Part shown: piece by piece, positions 59,409 through 64,000 of the stretch
Position numbering within the stretch: position 1 is the stretch's first letter
Layout: every line of letters begins with the position of its first letter
Origin: an uncultured Acidobacteriota bacterium
GTDB taxonomy: Bacteria; Acidobacteriota; JAQAZP01
Direction of reading: 5' to 3'
NCBI GenBank assembly: GCA_963836075.1
Contig: CAWIIB010000009.1
Coordinates: 2,240,001-2,304,000 of the forward strand
DNA length: 64,000 nucleotides
Notes under the pieces: model-generated
Database searches by the model: none
Told to the model about the DNA's origin: nothing
Seen by the model: the letters and a program-made list of their open reading frames with translations, nothing else
Program-made: the position numbers and the translations under genes

Positions 59409-60560
59409 ATGTCCGGATCCCACGCCAGTGTGGTGCAGGTTTCCCGCTCCGCACTGGTCCACAATCTGCGGGTGTTCAAGCGGCTGCTCCGCGACGGGCC
59501 GAGCCTGCTGGCCGCCGTGGTCAAGGCCAACGCTTACGGGCACGGCCTGCTGGAAGTGGCCCGCCTGGCCGCGGGCTCGGGGGCGGACTGGCTGGCGGTG
59601 GATTCCCTCGATGAAGCCCGGCGGCTCCGCCGCGCCGGTGTCGACCTGCCGCTGCTGCTGATGGGGTATCTGCCCCTGGATCAGGCCGGCCAGGTTCTTG
59701 AACTGGACCTCCGTCCCACGGTCTTCAACCTGGAGACCCTCGATGCCCTTGACGCGGTTGCCCGGCAGTCCGGTCGTACGGTGCCGGTGCACCTCAAGCT
59801 GGAGACCGGGACCTGCCGCCAGGGATTTACCGAGGACCAGCTGGCCGAGGTGGTCCGGCGGCTGCGGCAGCCGGATGTCCTGGTGGCCGAAGGGGTGAGC
59901 AGCCACTTTGCCAACATCGAGGACACCACCGACCACACGCTGGCCTTTGGTCAACTGGAGACGTTCCACCGTCTGGTGGACCAGCTGAAGCAGGCCGGGC
60001 TCCGTCCTCCGCTGCGCCACGTGGCCTGTTCGGCGGCGGCCCTGCTCTTCAAACGGACACACCTGGAACTGGTGCGAACGGGGGTCTCGCTGTACGGATT
60101 CTGGCCATCGCGTGAAACCATGGTCTCGATGAAGGACGGCAGCGTTCGGGGAATCAGCCTGCAGCCGGTGCTGAGCTGGAAGACCCGGCTGGCCCAGGTC
60201 AAGGAGGTGGCCGCGGGCACCGACGTGGGCTACGGCTGCACATTCCGCACCACCCGTTCCAGCCGGCTGGCCGTGATCCCGGTGGGATACTACGATGGGT
60301 ATGACCGGGGCTTGTCGAACATGGGGCACGTTCTGGTTCGCGGGCAGCGGGCTCCCATCCGCGGGCGGGTCTGTATGAACATGACCATCGTTGACGTCAC
60401 CGACATCCCCGGCGCCGGTCTGGAAGACGAAGCGGTTCTCATCGGCCGCCAGGGGGATGAACTGGTCACCGCCGATATGCTGGCCGGATTCTGCGGCACG
60501 ATCCACTACGAGATCGTCTCCCGCATCCACCCCGAAATCCCCCGGGTCATGATCGACTGA
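59409..60560 (+). CDS. alr: Alanine racemase
   Basis: AVVKANAYGHG, VHLKLETG, SHFA, VGYYDGY and GRVCMN. Confidence 0.95.
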   Translation: MSGSHASVVQVSRSALVHNLRVFKRLLRDGPSLLAAVVKANAYGHGLLEVARLAAGSGADWLAVDSLDEARRLRRAGVDLPLLLMGYLPLDQAGQVLELDLRPTVFNLETLDALDAVARQSGRTVPVHLKLETGTCRQGFTEDQLAEVVRRLRQPDVLVAEGVSSHFANIEDTTDHTLAFGQLETFHRLVDQLKQAGLRPPLRHVACSAAALLFKRTHLELVRTGVSLYGFWPSRETMVSMKDGSVRGISLQPVLSWKTRLAQVKEVAAGTDVGYGCTFRTTRSSRLAVIPVGYYDGYDRGLSNMGHVLVRGQRAPIRGRVCMNMTIVDVTDIPGAGLEDEAVLIGRQGDELVTADMLAGFCGTIHYEIVSRIHPEIPRVMID

Positions 60561-60561
60561 T

Positions 60562-60619
60562 AAAAAAATAGGGACAGGCACCGGTTTCCTGCGGAAATCG
60601 AGAGCCGGTCCCTTTTTTT
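60562..60619. terminator. Long imperfect hairpin with A/T tails between convergent alr and iorB (bidirectional terminator or REP-like)
   Basis: AAAAAAATAGGGACAGGCACCGGTTTCC-TGC-GGAAATCGAGAGCCGGTCCCTTTTTTT. Confidence 0.65.
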
Positions 60620-60625
60620 AGCTGA

Positions 60626-61216
60626 CTAGTTGACCAGGTCGCGCCCTTCCTTGAAGGCGATGCGGTTCACTTCGAGGAACCGCTGGGGGACCCGCTTGTC
60701 CAGCACGCCTTTCCAGTGGTCCTCGTCAAACTCCAGCAGCTTGGACAGCGCGCCGAGGATCACCACATTGACCACGTTCTTGTTGCCGATCCTGTTGGCC
60801 ACTTCCTGTGCCGGCAGCTTGTAGACCTTCTTCGCCTTGTCGGCCAGGCGCTGGTCCAGGTCCATCGGGTATTCGGCCTTGCCGGTGAGCACCGGCATGG
60901 GGGCCAGGCGCAGGTCGTTGACGATCACCATCCCGTCCGGCTTGAGGAATTCCAGGTAGCGGGCCGCTTCGAGAAGTTCGAAGGAGACCACCACGTCGGC
61001 GGTGCCCTTCTCGATGATCGGCGAGTAGACCTTCTCACCGTAGCGCACGTGACTCACCACGCTGCCGCCACGCTGGGCCATGCCGTGGATTTCGGATTTT
61101 TTCACGTCCATGCCGGCCTGCAGTGCCGCGCCGCAGATCAGCTCGGTGGCCAGCAGCACACCCTGCCCGCCCACACCGGAAAAGATCAGATTAACCGTCT
61201 CGTTCTTCCCTGCCAC
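60626..61216 (-). CDS. iorB: Indolepyruvate:ferredoxin oxidoreductase subunit beta
   Basis: GVGGQG, SEIHGMAQRGGSVVSHVR and YSPII. GTG start at 61216 with AGGAG RBS. Confidence 0.92.
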   Translation of the reverse strand: MAGKNETVNLIFSGVGGQGVLLATELICGAALQAGMDVKKSEIHGMAQRGGSVVSHVRYGEKVYSPIIEKGTADVVVSFELLEAARYLEFLKPDGMVIVNDLRLAPMPVLTGKAEYPMDLDQRLADKAKKVYKLPAQEVANRIGNKNVVNVVILGALSKLLEFDEDHWKGVLDKRVPQRFLEVNRIAFKEGRDLVN

Positions 61217-61248
61217 TTTCCGTTCTCCTTCACGGGCGATACCGGCCC

Positions 61249-63015
61249 TTAACTTTGCTCTTCCTTGACGTGGATCGCGCCATGCTTGCAGGTCTGCAGG
61301 CAGGCCTGGCAACCGATACAGAGCAGCGGGTTGATCTTGGTCTTGTCGCCGTCCTGGTCTTTTTCCAGACCCGGGCAGGCGACCTTGAAACAGACGCCGC
61401 AGGACTCGCAGATATCGGTGTCCACCTCCAGCGGCTGGTGCCAGACGGAGCGGTCGGCGATGATACAGGGGTAGCGGGTGATGATCACCGAGACCCCGTC
61501 GAAGGCCAGTTCTTCCTTGAGCGTGGCAAGGGTCTCTTCGAGGTTCAGCGGATTTATCACCTTCACATGCGCGACGCCGACGGCATGACAGAGCGCCTCG
61601 ATGTCGACCTGGGGCGCCGGGTCGCCGCCGATGCTCTTGCCGGTACCAGCGTGTTCCTGGTGGCCGGTCATGGCGGTGGTGCTGTTGTCGAGGATGACGA
61701 TGGTGGCCTTGCGGTGGTTGTAAACCGCCTCCACCAGTCCGGTGATGCCGGAATGCATGAAGGTCGAGTCGCCGAGGGTGGCCACCACCCGGTTCTTCAG
61801 TTTTTCGTCCTCCAGCACAGTGGTCATTCCCAGGCCCATCCCGATGGAGGCCCCCATGCAGATACAGGAGTCCATCGACTTCAGCGGGGGAGAGGCACCC
61901 AGGGTGTAGCAGCCGATATCCCCGGTGACGATACAGCGCAGCTTGCGGAAGGCATAGAAGATGCCGCGGTGGGGGCAACCCGGGCAGAGCACGGGCGGGC
62001 GGCCGGGAAGCTCGGTGACCTCGGCCACGGCTGCGGGAGCAGGTGCGCCGTTGCCGTTTAGCGACCGGCGCACGATGTCGGTGTTCAGTTCGCCGATGTT
62101 GGGGACCAGGTCGTGGCCGTGGACGTCGAGACCGGCGGCTTTGATCTGCTCCTCGAGGATCGGGTCCAGTTCCTCGACCACCACCACCTTCTCAACCTCG
62201 CCGCAGAAGCGACGGATCAGGTTCATCGGCAGCGGGTTGGTCAGCCCCAGCTTGAGCACCGATGCCTCGGGCACCGATTCGCGCACATACTGGTAGGCGA
62301 TACCGGAGGTGATCACCCCCAGCGTGCGGTCGCCGTGGTGCTCGATGAAGTTCAGATCCGATGTCTCGGCATACTCGGCGAGTTTTGCCATCCGCTCTTC
62401 CGCCACCACTCGTCGCGGCCTGGCGTGGGCCGGCAGCATAACGAACTTGGCGAACTGCTTCTTGTACGGCTTGAGCCCCACCTCGTGACGCTCTTTCAGG
62501 TCCACCACCCCCTTGGCGTGGCAGGTGCGGGTGGTCATCCGCAGCAGGACCATGGTGTCGAACTGCTCGCTGAGCTCGAAGGCCAGGCTGGTAAAGTCCC
62601 TGGTCTCCCGGCTGTCCGAAGGTTCGAGCATCGGGATCTTGGCAAAGCGGGCGAAGGTGCGGTTGTCCTGTTCGTTCTGCGAGGAGTGCATACCCGGGTC
62701 GTCGGCGGAAACGAGCACGAAACCGCCGTTGACCCCGGTGTAGGCCCAGGTCATCAGCGGGTCGGCGGCGACGTTGACACCCACGTGTTTCATCGCCACC
62801 AGGCTTCTGGCGCCGGCCATGGAGGCGCCCATGGCCACCTCGAAGGCCACCTTCTCGTTGGGTGCCCATTCGGAGATGATCTCCTTGTATTTGACGACGT
62901 TTTCCAGGATCTCCGTGGACGGCGTACCCGGGTAAGCGCTGGCGAACTTTACGCCGCTCTCATACGCCCCCCGGGCCACGGCTTCGTTTCCTGACAGGAC
63001 CTCTTTCATGGCCAT
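61249..63015 (-). CDS. iorA: Indolepyruvate:ferredoxin oxidoreductase subunit alpha
   Basis: GNEAVARG, YPGTPSTE, MKHVGVNVAAD, RPPVLCPGCPH, GDSTFMHSG and C-terminal 2x[4Fe-4S] motifs. Confidence 0.95.
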   Translation of the reverse strand: MAMKEVLSGNEAVARGAYESGVKFASAYPGTPSTEILENVVKYKEIISEWAPNEKVAFEVAMGASMAGARSLVAMKHVGVNVAADPLMTWAYTGVNGGFVLVSADDPGMHSSQNEQDNRTFARFAKIPMLEPSDSRETRDFTSLAFELSEQFDTMVLLRMTTRTCHAKGVVDLKERHEVGLKPYKKQFAKFVMLPAHARPRRVVAEERMAKLAEYAETSDLNFIEHHGDRTLGVITSGIAYQYVRESVPEASVLKLGLTNPLPMNLIRRFCGEVEKVVVVEELDPILEEQIKAAGLDVHGHDLVPNIGELNTDIVRRSLNGNGAPAPAAVAEVTELPGRPPVLCPGCPHRGIFYAFRKLRCIVTGDIGCYTLGASPPLKSMDSCICMGASIGMGLGMTTVLEDEKLKNRVVATLGDSTFMHSGITGLVEAVYNHRKATIVILDNSTTAMTGHQEHAGTGKSIGGDPAPQVDIEALCHAVGVAHVKVINPLNLEETLATLKEELAFDGVSVIITRYPCIIADRSVWHQPLEVDTDICESCGVCFKVACPGLEKDQDGDKTKINPLLCIGCQACLQTCKHGAIHVKEEQS

Positions 63016-63642
63016 ACCTCGTGAAAACGGTTACTGGATACGGGTGGGAGCCGGCTGGCTGCTGTGAAGCGGCCTCACGACCTCATCCGGTAACGTAAAA
63101 GCGGTTCCTACCACCGGACCAGCAGCATGCGCCAAGTCCGAAGAGTATGCATCTTACCCCAACAACCGATGATTTTCAAAGAAGCGGCCCTGCCCATGGT
63201 CCTGCAGGATTGATTGGCTCCCAAACGCACATTTTTTACCACTCCGGTCAGCTGCCCGCCCACTCTTCACTTGTGCATTGAAAAATGTAGAGAGACGGGC
63301 AGGGTCCGGAGGATCTCAGGTAACACAAGCATATTCAATGAAATATGGACCTGTCCAATGATTTGTCCGGCCGGGGATGGCCGTGGAAAGAGACCCGACC
63401 GAGCCGTCTGTGCCCAGTCCTGGTATGAGACTTGCTCATTTACTAGTGCCGATGAGCGGACACGACAGCTGAGAAAGAATACAAAATTGTTTAAAAAAAA
63501 GACTTACATCGATATACAAGTTGAAGCCGATACATTGATTTCGAATGTCTATCCTGTTATGGTAACTTCTGTCGAAAAGAACCGGAATAAAGTGGAAAAT
63601 ATTTGCACATCTTCCACGGTAACCTCCCATCGGTTCATGCCC

Positions 63643-64000
63643 ATGACCAATTCCCAGCTTCTTATTGCGGTTTTCACGCTCGTCTTTCTGGTCCTCCTGT
63701 TTTCGGCCCCGGCCGGGGCCTACACGCTCTGGAAGGGTTCTCACGTCGACGGCCAGACTGAAATATGGGTCAATCCCAACTGCCTCGACTACAGTGCCGG
63801 CGCCCCTGCCGATCAGATACGGTCCATTCTTGGCGGTGCGGAAGAAGGCGGCGCAGATGCCTGGATCGAGCAGGCGTCCAGCGGCTGGCTCGGTTTCTGC
63901 TTTGCCGGCACCACGACCCTGGAGGAAGTTGATACGGCCGACGGCATCAACCTGGTGGTCTGGAGCGACACCGACGGCAACGGCGCCATCGCCCTGACGT
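63643..64000 (+). CDS. Secreted protein, 5' part only (matrixin-like metalloprotease N-terminus suspected)
   Basis: Manual translation MTNSQLLIAVFTLVFLVLLFSAPAGA|YTLWKG...WVNPNCLD...ADAW...FAGTT...DGINLVVWSD...AIALT, open to the window end. Confidence 0.6.
   Translation, partial: MTNSQLLIAVFTLVFLVLLFSAPAGAYTLWKGSHVDGQTEIWVNPNCLDYSAGAPADQIRSILGGAEEGGADAWIEQASSGWLGFCFAGTTTLEEVDTADGINLVVWSDTDGNGAIALT

Noticed and set aside
60626-61978. 450-aa IorB with a long N-terminal extension
   Set aside because: The extension is an alternative frame overlapping iorA. The real start is the GTG at 61216 with an RBS.

Overview
GC-rich bacterial chromosome segment, probably Acidobacteriota-like (inferred from the pseudopilin type and gene content; not verified). 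It contains no rRNA, intact tRNA, CRISPR array, integrase or transposase. Most of it is envelope and housekeeping genes: flotillin, MurJ, LepB, two near-identical GspG-like prepilins, rhomboid, HtrA, RtcB-archease, a TamB-Omp85 fusion, ABC and Ktr transporters, a surface-glycan cluster, sirtuin, TldD/PmbA, Alr and IorAB. The most striking signal is a ~120-aa C-terminal domain I cannot assign to a named family (hallmark D[VT]TP[AP]P[YF]NQPP[YH]PxxG, two Cys, terminal Pro). It ends five otherwise unrelated signal-peptide proteins and one headless remnant, and it is evidently copied as a DNA cassette. A second shared C-terminal module (FG-GAP/GPHVRGW propeller) caps two other secreted proteins. 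Together they suggest an undescribed protein-sorting or surface-anchoring system. Also notable are a selenocysteine peroxiredoxin (in-frame UGA plus SECIS-like hairpin) that the ORF track splits, tRNA-3'-end-like scars flanking the AT-richer cluster, and two +1 frameshifts at the same AGTACCGA motif.
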